From Salpingoeca rosetta (Eukaryota; Protista; Choanoflagellata), in assembly GCA_033442325.1 (NCBI GenBank), contig JAWQFM010000011.1, positions 953,975 through 1,017,974 on the forward strand: a stretch of DNA of 64,000 nucleotides, in the 5' to 3' direction. The position numbers were made by a program, and so were the translations under genes. How positions within the stretch are numbered: position 1 is the first letter of the stretch; each line of letters opens with the position of its first letter. Positions 18,450 to 35,203 of the stretch are shown here, in pieces. The notes beneath the pieces were generated by a model. It was not told the DNA's origin. It made no database searches and saw only the letters and a program-made list of their open reading frames with translations.

Positions 18450-20418
18450 TCATGTTCTCGGGCGGTAGATGGTGACGAGCGCCAAAGCAGACGAGTTGGT
18501 CCTACACGACGCCAAAGGCGCGCGCATGTGTGTGTGTGTGTATATGCGTGTGTATGTGTGTGTCGACAGGTGGGGCAGAGAGTGTGCGTGTGAGTAAGCA
18601 TGCAAAGCGACTTGGCTATGAACAAACAGTAACACGACCTGCTGCCCTTTCCCCACAATCGTGCTGATGCATGACACAAGCACATGCACCAGACCACGAA
18701 CCTGTACAAGTCAGCAATGCATTTTAACGTATCCCAGCGAGGGGCATGGCTTGGCCGCACAAATTCTGGTGGTGTTGGGTCCTTCGCGCCCAAACAAAGG
18801 GGGGAAACAGACGCACGCATCCAAAAGGAAGCGCACAGTCACGTCATGAGCACACGCGCGTTGTTCCGCACCCAACGCAAGGAAGCACATCACGCAAACA
18901 CATCACACATACACTTGCATGCAAATCACACACCACACACAGACATAGACACACACACAGACACAGACAGAAAGACAGACAGACAGACACAGACACAGAC
19001 ACACAGACACACACACACGCACATACACACACAGGTAAGCAGTTGGACGGACCCGAATGATGCGTTGGAGCAAGCACTCGGAAGCCAGCATGACGCGGAT
19101 CTTTCGCTGCGGCACGCGGTGGTCTGTTTCAAACGTGTACGCAATCCATAGCCGATGCGACTCGACAGGTTTGTTGAAGGCACGGTCCACGTGTCCTGGT
19201 TATGGGGAAGCACACAACCAAGGTATAGACGTCAACAAGGCATGCGCACCAGTCACCTCTCCATGCAGCCAACAAAGGTCAAGCGTACGCATCCGATGAC
19301 GATGACCGATGCACGGGTGACGGCACACACATCTAGCCACATGAACACACACACACACATGGACACAGACACAGACACAGAGACACAGACAGACAGACAG
19401 ACACACAGACAGACAGACACACACACACGCACACAGACACACAGACACACGCACGCACACACGAACGCACACACACGCAGGCACGCACGCACAGATACAG
19501 ACACTCAGATACACACGGACACACCGGGTGTACCTTCAGAATACTGTTTTGAGATGACGTTCTGTGCGGCCTTCTTGAGCGCTTTTGCAGCCGCACCACG
19601 CCCAACAGTGAACAGCACAGGCTGATCTGGCTCAGCACGTGCAGCCTCTGAAGAAGACATGCAGGGGTGATGAGGAACAGCATCACACGCAATGAAAGGA
19701 GGGGGGGGGGTGTCGGGAAGGTGTGCGCGGGTGAATGAATGAACGAATGCATGTGCGTGTGTGTGTGGGCGTGCGTGTGCGTGCGTGTGTGTGTGTGCGT
19801 GTGTGTGTGTGCGTGTGCGTGTGCGTGCGTGTATGTGTGTGTGTGTGCGCGTGTATGTGTGTGAGTGTGTGCGTGTTCGTGTGTGTGTGTGTGCGTGTAC
19901 GTATGTGCGTGCGTGCACATGTTGGCACGCTTATGCATGTCCAAGTGGCTCTACATAATGCCGGACACTCGACAGCCCTGTCACACCACTGTTCCTAGGA
20001 CTCGCGTCGGTCACAAAGGCTCTCACCTTTCAGCGTTTCCTTCACCAAGATGTCATTCTGTGGAGAGTCGGAGGAAATGCCACACGAAGGAGGTGTCGTA
20101 GCGTTGTCAGCTGTGGAGTGAACGATGTCAAGCACGTGTGGTTGACGCACGCAAAGGCATTACTGTACACACACACACACGCACACACCTCGTGGACAAG
20201 CTCTTCCAGCCGAATTTCGTTGAGTGTTGCAAACCGGAGGAATTGTCGCCGCCCTTCCTGTCAGCGCAGCCGTCGACAACAAGCTGTCAATGCACATCGC
20301 TCGTGCTCACCTCACAACACATGCCACACACACAGGCATGTACACGCACATGTGGGCATGTCCAGGTATCACGCAGGCAAGAGCGTTCAATAACAACAAC
20401 AACAGCAGCAGCAACAGC

Positions 20419-20509
<91 letters not shown>

Positions 20510-21771
20510 GTGACGTACAAACTCGAGCCAGTTGATGGAAAAGTTGACGGACTTGATAAACTCAAGGTTTGTGATGCTCATGCGTTGTTGGTGATCCGCA
20601 TACAACTGACACAGTGAAAAGCGCAGAAAATCCACGTGTATGGAGCAAACCGATGGGTCACGCATACTTTCACCATGGTCGTGACAACTACAAGAAGAAG
20701 AAGAAGAAGAAGAAGAAGAAGAAGAAGAACAAGAAGAAGAAGAAGAAGAAGAAGAAGAAGAAGAAGAAGAAGAAGAAGAACAACAACAAGAAGAAGAAGA
20801 ACAAGAAGAAGAAGAACAAGAACAAGAACAAGAAGAAGAACAAGAAGAACAAGAACAAGTCACCGCAGCAGCAGTAGCCCCCGCTCCGCCCCACCAATTC
20901 TCTCCAACCTGCCGGAGCGATTGACATACCTTAAGCACAACGCTGGGCACGGCCACGATGACTGCAATGATGATGTCGGGAATATGCTGTGTAACAAAGC
21001 CAGCCACGCTGCCCTCAATGAGCGGAATGCCATACTGCCCACCAAAGTAGTTGAGAGCCATCACAATGACAACGGAGAGGAGCACCCCGACGACGCACAG
21101 CGCAACATCTGCATAAAGCAAGCAAGTGCGCAGGCACGCGTGTATGCACACGTGAGGACGCGTTGTGGAGTGTGCACGCAAACAGCACAACACACACACA
21201 CGCACAGCACAACACACCCATGTACACAGCACAACAAACATGCACACGCATATGTGTACAGCAAACGCACACACGTGCGAGTCTCTTCATGTGGAAACGT
21301 ACAATCCCAGTCGACGTCTTCGATCAAGGAGTTGATGACCTCCCACAAGATCAGGTGTGGTGTTCGCAGGCTGGACTCCTCAGCCACCTCGCCGCGTCCA
21401 ACTCGCGCTTCCACTGCCGTTGATTGAGCGTGGGACCGTGTGAACGATTGCACACTGTCGCGTGCGCGATCCTTATCAGCGTTGCTGGCTTTGCTTCCGG
21501 TGTGTGATTGCGTACCGTGAGGTGCAGCCACCCGAGCTCTGTTGGACTGTGTTGGCGGGTGCGCTCCGCCCCGATGCGAGCTGCGCAGCAGTGGGTGCTG
21601 GGTTGCTTCCCGTTTCAGTGGTGGGCAAGCAAGTCGGCTCCTTCCAACAGAATGTTCGCCTTCTGTTACCCTGCCTCTTTCACCACCACCGTCACCGTGC
21701 TGCTGTGATGACGGAGGTTGCCTGCTTGGTGTGCTTCTTGGCCGGCTCAGCTCCCGGTTCAGCCGCTGCAT
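18450..21771 (-). CDS. Conserved hypothetical membrane protein (2 TM plus globular domain), about 9 exons
   Basis: Spliced: MQRLNRELS...IEDVDWD / [21 protein letters not shown]...[15 protein letters not shown] / [29 protein letters not shown] / [23 protein letters not shown] / [10 protein letters not shown] / [12 protein letters not shown]...[11 protein letters not shown] / [47 protein letters not shown] / [24 protein letters not shown] / [16 protein letters not shown]. Confidence 0.8.
20691..20859. repeat. Intronic (AAG/AAC)n trinucleotide repeat
   Basis: Directly visible; the polyK ORF here is an artefact. Confidence 0.95.
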
Positions 21772-21841
21772 GATGATTTCTATGAATGACACCAACCATC
21801 CTTCCGTAACCGCCGTGGCTGGAAGGACTGTTCTGTTGATG

Positions 21842-21922
<81 letters not shown>

Positions 21923-22024
21923 GACTCTCCCTGACTCTCCCTGACTCTCCCCGTCTCTGTCTCCCTTTAAGCCCACTTTTTTTTTGTCATCATATGGCAC
22001 ATGACATCTGTACATCGCCACACC
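21772..22024. promoter_or_regulatory. Short divergent intergenic region (putative bidirectional promoter) containing (CA)n(CT)n
   Basis: 253 bp between head-to-head start codons at 21771(-) and 22025(+). Confidence 0.5.
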
Positions 22025-22572
22025 ATGCCCAAGTTTTCGTGCAACCTTGGCTTCTTCTTCAACTCAGTACCACACATCACGCCGCCCGCTTTCGTGCACG
22101 CACATGCCATCACCATCCACCAGCGCTGCGTGTTGTGACTGTTGTGTGCTCATAGCTTGGCGACGGCGTGCCACACGCATTTCTTGTTTCTTCTTCTGGC
22201 TGCGTTCTCGCTGGTTAACATTTATACGACCATTTTGGTATGCGTAGGTGCCGCTGTTGCAGCGACTGGAAAAGGCCGGTGCCGCCGGATTTTGCGCTGT
22301 CGAGCTCGCGTTCGATCAGTACGAGCATGACCCCCAGATCGTGGCAAACGCCTGCGCGCAACATGGCCTGCACGTCGAACTGATCAACACCCCGAAAGGT
22401 GCTTGCTCCCTTGCGTGTGAGGAACGCCCGTGTGTACTGTGGTCGGACCCGGCCGCGTTCTGACAACCACACCCACGCATGACTGTTGATCTGTGCTTGC
22501 TTGTCCACAGGAAACTGGGAGGAAGGGGAACGCGGACTGGCTGCCATTCCGGGCAAGGTGACAGCGTCGAGT

Positions 22573-22653
<81 letters not shown>

Positions 22654-23200
22654 GCAGTGTTAAGTGGCCCAGGTTAACCCACTATCCGTCGCACTCAACT
22701 GAGCGCGGATCACCGACTTGACCGAGACCAAACAGTAGAACTCATGATGGACATGGATAATACCTTGAAAGATTTATGGACATCGGGTTTGCACGGGCCT
22801 AGATTCCGACCTCATTGGACGATCGAAGAGGCGTCCATACTATGCAGATTGACGATTCTTTTTCGGAGTTCCTGTACTGGCTTCTGTTCATGAAATGACC
22901 AGCGCTCGCGGTTACTATTTTGCACAGATGTCACAGCGAGGCCATGTCTACTAACAATAGCCAGTCCTTGAGCGAGGGTTTACTAGTCCGCTCGAACGGC
23001 CCCGTGGGGGGTAGTGAATCATGCACCACATGCGTATAAGCTTCCGGGTAGTGCTTTCAGGAGAGTACGAGTCATGGCTACCTGCCTAGTACCGACATGG
23101 TCAGCCGGAGAGTCTAGTACCCAACAGGTCCATGTTAACCGGGTGTTCGGAATTCTAAAGCGCTCGCGCTGGTTTCAAACTAGTGAGCGCCCAGGGACTG

Positions 23201-23252
<52 letters not shown>

Positions 23253-24847
23253 ATGTGTGTGGATGCGTGCGCGTGTGCATCACACACATTTCGATGACTA
23301 CAAGCACTTCACGCTCACCTTGGTGCACATACTTGCTTGAACCAACAAGGAAGAGGAGTTTTGGGCAGCTTTCACTCAGGCTGTGACGTATGCCAAGGCG
23401 TTGTCTTGTCCAAAGTGCGTCACATCATGACACGAACGCATGTGTGAGCAAAATTTGAGAAATGGTGTGTGTGTGTGTGTGCGTGTGTGCGTGTGTGTGT
23501 GTGTGTGAGTGCAACTCTGTACATGTGCACATGTATGCGTGCGTATGCGTGCGTATGCGTGTATGTGTATGCGGGCATCTTCACACTCATTTGCACGAAG
23601 CATGCAAACAACATCAACACGTCCGTGGTGCGCCAAAGAAGCATGGATTTTGCAACATGCCTCGTCACCACACCTCACTGTTGATTACCTAATGCCACTC
23701 ACGCGGAAGGATCCACGTCATGAGCGGCGTGGTTCCTGCGGCCGTTTCGGCAGACGCGTGCCACTCGGTGCTCGTCAGCAACTTGCAACGCGCTGTCAAA
23801 GTTGCACACAAGGTACGAGTATGATTAGTGTGGCAAGTGTTGTTGTCGCGGGAATGGGGAGCTTGAATGAGTGCGAGCGAGCGAATACACGCGCGTACGA
23901 GAGAAAGAGAGAGAGAGAGATGGGGAGAGAGACAGAGAAACAGAGAGAGACAGAGAGATGGGGAGAGAGACAGAGAAACAGAGAGAGACAGAGTGAGCGA
24001 CAGAGAGAGAGTGTGTGTGTGCGTGTGAGTGAGTGTGTGTGTGTGTGTGTACGCGTGCGAATCCGCGTGTTTTACACGTGAGCATGTTGTCAGTATGCTC
24101 GACTGAGGGGCCGCGTTTGTTGTGGTTTCGAGAGCGTGCGTGGATCAGCGTGGCAAGTGCGTCATTCACTCCTTCACTTTCTTCGCCTTGGGCAGGAAGG
24201 GTTGATGTTGACACTTGAGCCCATCAGCACCATCCCAGGATATTACATGTCGACACTCCAGCGCGCCCAACGCGCCATCGAGGACGTGGACAGCCCAGTC
24301 CTGAAATACCAGTTTGTGAGTCTGCATGTATCGCTTTGTGGGGTTGCATGTGTATGTGTGGGTGTGTGCATGTGTGGATTTGTGGGGTTGCATGTGTGTG
24401 TGTGTGCGCTCGCTCGCATGTGTGTGTGTGTTTGCGTGCAAGTGTTTGGGCGACTTGCTTCGCATCATGTACCCGGATGTTCTGGACTGTTGCCAAGCGG
24501 CACCATCCTCAAGAATGGATTGTGGCGTTCTGTGTTGCCTGATGTGATGTGTCAGGATGTGTATCATGCACAACGCACGCAAGGCAACCTCGCGCAAACA
24601 CTTCGCGACAACAAGGACATTCTCGGCCACATCCAAGTTGCTGGTGTGCCCGGTATGACGTTACGTGCATGTGCCACCCGTGCTGCGTTGTTGTTGTCAA
24701 TGATGTTGTTGTGTTTGCTGGTGCAGAATATAAGTTGGTTTGATTTGGCATTGATGCCTCCGCGACCGTCTCTTCTGGATACGCACACAGATACGCACAC
24801 ACACACACATACGCACGCACGCACTTCCGCACACATACGCACACACG

Positions 24848-24879
<32 letters not shown>

Positions 24880-25109
24880 CACACACAGAGACACAGACAC
24901 ACACACACACACACACGCACTCACATACGCATCATATTGTGCTGCCCTGACCAGGGCGCCACGAGCCTGACGGCGCAAACGAAGTTAACTTCCCGTTCCT
25001 GTTCCGTGTGATGGACGACGTGTACGACGGGTTTGTTGGCTGTGAATACACCCCGACAGATGCGGCCAACCCGGATCTCTCCTGGCAGCCAGCTCCCACG
25101 AGCACATGA
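22025..25109 (+). CDS. HYI: Hydroxypyruvate isomerase, 8 exons
   Basis: MPKFSCNLGFFF / LQRLEKAGAAGFCAVE...LINTPK / GNWEEGERGLAAIPGK / EEEFWAAFTQAVTYAKALSCPK / IHVMSG...SNLQRA / LTLEPI...LKYQF / DVYHAQRTQGNL...GHIQVAGVPG / RHEPDGANEVNFPFLF...YDGFVGCEYTP...LSW. Confidence 0.95.
22651..23202. other. Compositionally foreign, high-complexity ~550-bp block inside HYI intron 3
   Basis: Sharply bounded by (GA)n on the left and (GT)n on the right. It has no microsatellites, near-even base use, and frequent TA and CTAG, unlike the other introns here. Confidence 0.75.
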
Positions 25110-25576
25110 GCACGTGTGTTGTGTTGTGTGGTGTTGTGTGGTGTTGTGTTGTGTTGTGTTGTGTTGTGTTGTGTTGTGTTGTGTGGTGTTGTGTTGTGTG
25201 GTGTTGTGTTGTGTGGTGTTGTGCTCACTTGTCCACGTCGGTCTGTGTGTATCAACGAGCAACGTTGCAGGTGCTGGCACAACTGAGGAGTAAATGCGTC
25301 ATGTATTCCTAATCAACCCAAAAAGAACAACACGAGAGAAACACCAACTGTACGCAGTACCACGACAGAAGAAAGACAACCACAGCCACACCACCCTTCT
25401 TGTCCTTCGTCATAACAACAGAACAGGTACACGCCTCAACTACACCAACAGGCTTGAAAACCAACACAACACACACACGCACACACACACGCGCGCCAAA
25501 CAAAGTCGGAACCCAACACCACACGCGACAGCCACACACCACATGACCAAGAGCAGCAAGCAAGTACGACGGCGCA

Positions 25577-28515
<2,939 letters not shown>

Positions 28516-28981
28516 CGTCGCTTGCTTTGCTTGCTTGCTTCTTGGTGCCAGCCGTGGAGTGCAACAACGCAGAGACATAAAAAAAAAGACACGGGACATT
28601 TCATGTCATCACGAGGACTTGAACCAACGACCTCCTAATTTTTACTCTGACTTCTTCGTGGGTCCAAGCTGTTGTTGTGGTTTGTTTTTTTTTTTTTGTT
28701 CGCCGCTACTCACTCTCACACACGCGTCTGCGAGCAATCCACACACACAACCACACAAACCACACGCAGCGCGTCTGTGTTGTTGTTGTTGTTTGTCATT
28801 GTGCTCCCTTCCTTCCTGTCAAGAAAGGGGACTGTCCTTCGCCGCTGGAATTAGCTACCAACAACAGCCAAGTGCTGGCTGACTTTCCCTGCAAACCAAG
28901 CCAAGCAAAGCAAAGCACACAGAAGCAAGTCCAACACCAACCCCAGCGTCGGGAGTTTAAGCACCCAAACAACAACCAGCC

Positions 28982-29231
28982 ATGGTAAGGCTGCTCGTGT
29001 GTGTGTGCGCGCGTGTGTGCGTGTGTGTACGTGTCTGTATTTATGCGTCGCTCACCGTTGTGGCTGTTGACGTGCACACACACACACACAGAGGTGTGTC
29101 GTTTGTGTACGAGTTTGTTGTGAGTTGTTTGGTTGTCTTTGTGCGTGTGCACGTCAATGCCTGTCCTTGTGTGGTTCCCGTCGCTCCTACATGCACGCAT
29201 CCAAACAACAAACAAAACAAACAACAACAAC

Positions 29232-29312
<81 letters not shown>

Positions 29313-31725
29313 ACACGAAAATCACCAACGGTATGCTCATGTGAGCAACTCTACACACACGCCACCGCATAAACATGCATGCCCCCCCTTCTTTGCGTGC
29401 GTGTAGCCACCCCACTGGCAAAGCAAGACGAAACAGGCCAGCTCTGGCGTCGAGGACATGGTCCTTATCTCCAAGATCAACGAAGACGCCATCTGTGACA
29501 ACCTCAAGAAGCGCTACATGGACGACCTCATCTACACTTACATCGGTGCGTACAGCACCATTTGTTGTGTTGTGCATGTCTCTGCGACATTGTTCTTTGT
29601 CACCATCCATCGCCATGGGTAACCAAGCCCTTGTGGTGGATGGCCAAGTCATCTCCTCGCTGACCTGCTGGTGTTGTTCTTTCAATGACAGTCTTCTGTC
29701 CGTGCAACTCACTCCATCCGCAATCCCTCGCCCCTTTCCCTGTACGCTGCACGCGTTTCCCACGGCAGGCCCTGTGCTCATCTCCGTCAACCCATTCAAG
29801 CAGATGCCTTACTTCACGGACAAGGAGGTTGAAATGTACCAAGGCGCCGTAAGTTGTTGATACCACAAACTGTTGCAACCTCGCTGGCTGTACGCAAACG
29901 CACTATGTTTCCTTGCAGGTGGCAGTGCATCCCCCTCTGTCCCCGATCGTTGTCTTTCTGTCGCAGCCACCGACCATATAGCCAGCCACTCACCATTCAT
30001 TCGCCATGCCCTGCGGTCCCCATTGACCCTGCCCACAGGCCATCTACGAGAACCCGCCGCACGTGTACGCGCTGACGGATGACTGCTACAGAAACATGCT
30101 CATTGACAGCGAGAACCAATGCGTCATCATCAGGTGCGTACGTTGAATCCACCCGTGTGCACGGGCTATGTCTTTGCCCTTGCTTTCCAAATACAAGGCG
30201 CGCATGGCATTTATTGCTTTGGATCCTGTGCTTGCGCCCGCCCGCTCACATAAACCAACACACACACACACACGCGCGCGCGCGCGCGCACACTCACTCA
30301 CTCATCGTACCACAAACGTATGGCTTTGGGGCAGTGGCGAGAGTGGCGCGGGCAAGACGGTTGCGGCCAAGTTCATCATGGGGTACCTTGCCAAGGTCTC
30401 TGGCGGCGGCGCCGATATCCAGCGGGTGAAAGACGTCATTCTCGAGTCGAACCCGCTCCTCGAGGCGTTTGGCAACGCAAAGACCGTCCGCAACAACAAC
30501 TCCTCCCGCTTTGTACGTCCACAAACAAACACTGATATCCTGCGCTTGTGCGCCCGTGTATGTGTGTGTGTGCGTTTGTTGGTGTGTTTGTGCGTGTTTA
30601 TATGTTTGCGTGTTTGATTCTTATTGTTTCGGTGTTCGAGCTTCAGCTGTTGTCTGCGAGGCCCCTGTTCCCTCTGCTCATGGATGTCTGCCTTGTGCAT
30701 GCGCGTGTGCTTGCAGGGCAAGTACATTGAGATCCAGTTCAGCCGCGCAGGCCAGCCCGATGGCGGCAAGGTGTGGGCGACTCATATGCATGCTCGTGCT
30801 GGCACTGCTCGCTCTCCGCCTGCAACTGCTTTGTCGGCTGTGCAACCGCTGTACACAGCCTCCAGCATCATCGTCTTTTCCAAGCCCAACACCGCTCACA
30901 ATGAACACACGCACTTACAATGAACACACACGCATACACACGCACACACGCACGCACACAGATCTCCAACTTCCTGCTTGAGAAGTCGCGCGTTGTGTCG
31001 CAAAACCCGGAGGAACGCAACTTCCACATCTTCTACCAGCTGTGTGCCGGCGCCTCGGAGCACCATCGCCAAAACCTCGGCATCAGCTCCCCAGACTACT
31101 ACAACTACCTCAACCAGGTCCGCTTCCTCAGCACTGGTCGCTGGCGACGCTCGTGCTGTTGTACGTGCTTGTGTGTGTGTGTGTGTACGCGCATGTGTGT
31201 GTTAGTGTGTGCGTGCGTACATGTGTGTGTTAGTGTGTGCGTGCCTGGGTTGTATCAATCAATGCGAGCTCACAGCTGTTGCGCTTCCAACTCCACCCAT
31301 GCCTGTGTGCACACCTCAGTCTGGGTGCGACCGGGTGCCCGGCATCGACGACGTGGCCGACTTCAACGAGACGCAGCGCGCCATGGCTGTCATGAACATC
31401 TCCGACGACTACCAGGTACGTGGTCACCTGGTCATGTACACGCACATGGTTGCTTGCTGTACGCGAGAGAGTGCACCACCGTGTTTGATGTGTGTGTGTG
31501 TGTGTTTGTGTGCGCGCGCTTACGGTGCTGTGTGATGTGTGCTTGTCTCACTGGGAATTTGCTGTATTCTGTTGTTTCGCTCCCTTCCCCTCCTCCCCTC
31601 CCTGACTGTGGATGTTCCGGTGTGCAGTGGGAGGTGCTGAAGGTCGTCGCGTCCATCCTGCACCTCGGCAACATCACCTTTGTTGAGAGCGGAAACTACG
31701 CCCAGGTACTGCAGGGGGCGTACCG

Positions 31726-31787
<62 letters not shown>

Positions 31788-34350
31788 TCGCAACGTAGTT
31801 GCAGACGCTTCCAACACACACTGTATGATTGCAACACACATGCTTTCCGTTTTGTTTCGTTTCTCCTTTGGCGTTGCACTGTTTGCGACTGTCTTGTTGC
31901 ATTCTCACCGCCTCCACGTATGCGCGCGTGTGCGTGTGTGTGTGTGTGTGTGCCCCCAGGTGGCGGACGACAGCTTCCTTGAGTTCCCGGCCTATCTCCT
32001 CGGCGTGGACGTCGGCCTGCTCAAGGCCAAGCTCCTCACCCGCATCATGGAGAGCAGGTGGGGCGGCAAGACAGAAACCACAACCGTCACCCTCACCGTC
32101 GAACAGGTACGAGAGGCTTCTGAGCGCACAGCGGCGCAAGAGAGGAAGGGGGAGGAAGAAGGCACGAGACCTGTATGTTGTGGGCTGTGTTGCGCGTGTG
32201 CAAGGCGGCAAGTACTCCGGCTCGCTCTGCCCGCGCTCACTTCGTTTCCGTCGACACCACGTGTCCGTGCTCTAACACCAACTTTGCCGCCGTGCTCGTG
32301 GCCATGCTTGCATCAGGCTGCGTACACGCGCGATGCGCTTGCAAAGGCGCTGTACGCCCGCCTCTTCGACTACCTCGTCAACTCCGTCAACGCCGTACGT
32401 TCAATTTGACGCATGCGGGAACATGTTTGGGCGCCATGCTGCGTGCCTGCAGGCAACCGCATAGTTGATTCGTGCTTGCTGTAGCAAGAGCAGGCTTGGA
32501 AGTCCAGCTGCACCCAAACAAAACGCAATAACCAAGCACGATGCCTTTCACTGTGGTGATTCCATTCATGACCTCATCTCGCACGTACAACGCGTCTTGT
32601 TTGCTGCATGCTTGCAGGCAATGGCCAAGGAGAAGGTGGAGCTCAGCATTGGCGTGCTGGACATTTACGGCTTTGAGATCTTCAACAACAATGGGTGCGT
32701 GCACTTGTTGGCATCGGGGAGTTTGTGCTCGCTCCACGTGCATGCGTGTTCTCGACGTTCATCTGTTTCATTCGTGCGTTCTGTTGCTGTTTGCTGACTT
32801 TGCATCGCATGCGTTCGCCTTGCCGCTGCTTCCACCTCACCTCTGCTCTCTGTCTGCGGTTGCTTGGCACCCGCCAACAGATTTGAGCAGTTTTGCATCA
32901 ACTTTGTCAACGAGAAGCTGCAGCAAATCTTCATCGAGCTCACACTCAAGGTGCCGGGCGCCGCGCACGTACATGTCACAAGCGCATGTGTCATCCACCT
33001 ACGGCATCCTCCTGCTTCCATCGATTCCATTCAAATCCATCGCATCACGTGCGCGTGAACTCACACACAAACACACACACACACGCACACACGCGCACAC
33101 GCACGTGTTCGGTGTGACTGCAGGCGGAGCAAGAGGAGTATGTGCGCGAGGGCATTTCGTGGAAGCCAATTGAGTTCTTCAACAACAAGATTGTGTGCGA
33201 TCTCGTTGAAGAGAAGCGTCCACCAGGCATCATGTGTGTCCTTGACGATGTTTGCGCTACCCTCCACGCCCAGGTACCCCTTCCTGCAGACGTGTTTGGT
33301 TTTGTGCGCATGCAGATGCTTGCGTGTGTGCACATGTCCTCGGCACGAGCGCATGTCTCGTGCTTAGCTCGTTGGCTCTCAAAGCACCCTGCAAGAGCAC
33401 CGCAAGCCTCCCTTTCTCCCTCATCCCGATCTTCCTTTACTCAACAACCCGTTGCATCCTCTCCCCACTGCTGACTCTTCTGGTGTGCAGACGGATGGCG
33501 CCGACTCGAAGCTGCTGGAGAAGCTCATCGGTGCCGTCGGAACCCACCAGCACTTCAACAGGTCTCACCCGCACCCTTTCGTCACATTGCTTGTCACCAT
33601 GTGGTGCTGGTGCTGGTGCTGCTGTTGTTGTTGTTGTTCTTGTTGGCGTGCGTGGCAACTTGACCACCCTCTTTCGCCCATCTCCCAGCACTCACTCCAA
33701 CTCCTCATGTCGCGTGATGACATCTCCACAGCTTCACCGGCGAAACCGCCCCGCTCGCGCACGAGCATGGACGAGAGCAGCACGGCTTCTGGTAAGCGCC
33801 TGCGTGCCCGCACATGTGTGTGTGCGTCACCGTGCTTGTGCATTTGCTTGAGCGTGTGCAAATACGTCCTTGAGTGTATGTATGTATGTGTGTGTGTGTG
33901 TTTGTGCGCGCGTCATCGCCCACGCAGCACCTACGATTCTCGTTTCGTTTTGCAGCTGCTCACATCGTGTACGCCTACATCTGTTTGTGATATGATGATG
34001 ATGATAATGATGATGATGATGATGATGACATCAGCGAGCGCAACCGCGACTTCATCCTGCCGGATCTCCTACAGCTCATCCAGTCCTCCACGGAGTGAGT
34101 CACTGACACCCTTGCAACAATCACCCACACGCGCGTTATGGCCATGCTGTTTGATGAAAGCGCAGACATACACACATTTGTGTGCATGTGCTCATGTGCA
34201 TGCCCGACAAAGCACGTTCTGACGAACATGCATCCTGTGCCCATGTGTAGTGGTTTCATTGTTGCGCTGTTCCCCGACGATCCAAACCCGACGGACAAGC
34301 ACGGGCGCAAGAAGAAGCAGGCCACCGCTGGCGGAAAGATCAGGGTGCGC

Positions 34351-34406
<56 letters not shown>

Positions 34407-35154
34407 TTGTGTGGGTTTGTGTGGGTGTGGGTGTGGTCCGTCGTCTTGTTATTGTTGCGTGAGTGGGGTGCATGTGTTGGGTTGTCAATAACCAAGGAGA
34501 CTCGCGACACACTCGTGTGTGCCCTGTCCTTCCCATGTGGCTGTTTCCCACTTCTCTCACATTGTCCGTCAACGCGTGTTTGCTGAATCTGCAACGATAC
34601 AGACACAAGCAAACCTGCTGGTTGACAAGCTGATGCAGTGTGCACCGCATTACATTCGCTGCATCAAGCCGAACGAGACGAAGAAAGCCCACGACTGGGA
34701 CCGCAGCCGCTGCCTTCATCAGGTACATCTCACGCTACCACACTTGTTGCTCCTGGTTTACACGCTCTTCCTTCACCCCCTGATGTCTCCCCCATTGGCT
34801 GCGCACAGACGCTGCTCTCCCCAACACTCACACGTCTATCCACCACCACCTCAACCACGGTCACCAGGTGCGGTACCTGGGTCTGCAGGAGAACATTCGC
34901 GTGCGCCGCGCCGGGTTCGCGTACCGTCGCGAGTTTGAGAAGTTCCTCACCCGCTACGCCATCCTCACAAAGGAGACGTTCCCGCGCTGGCACGGCGACC
35001 CGAAGCAAGGTGCGTGATGTGATGCTTGATATAATGCTTGATGTATGATGCATGACTTGCCCTCTTTGCTGTGATCAGCACTTTCACTGCACAGGCACAC
35101 TGTTGCACAACCACCACGATCACACGCCCACGCAACCTGGATGTCATCTTCAAG

Positions 35155-35203
<49 letters not shown>

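Noticed and set aside
22651-23202. CRISPR-like or periodic array in the foreign-looking block
   Set aside because: Only different 7-10-mers each repeated twice; no constant repeat unit or spacing, compatible with chance.
25271-25293. Alternative last exon of HYI (AGTTEE*)
   Set aside because: No GT donor after CEYTP, and read-through already gives the conserved LSW ending.
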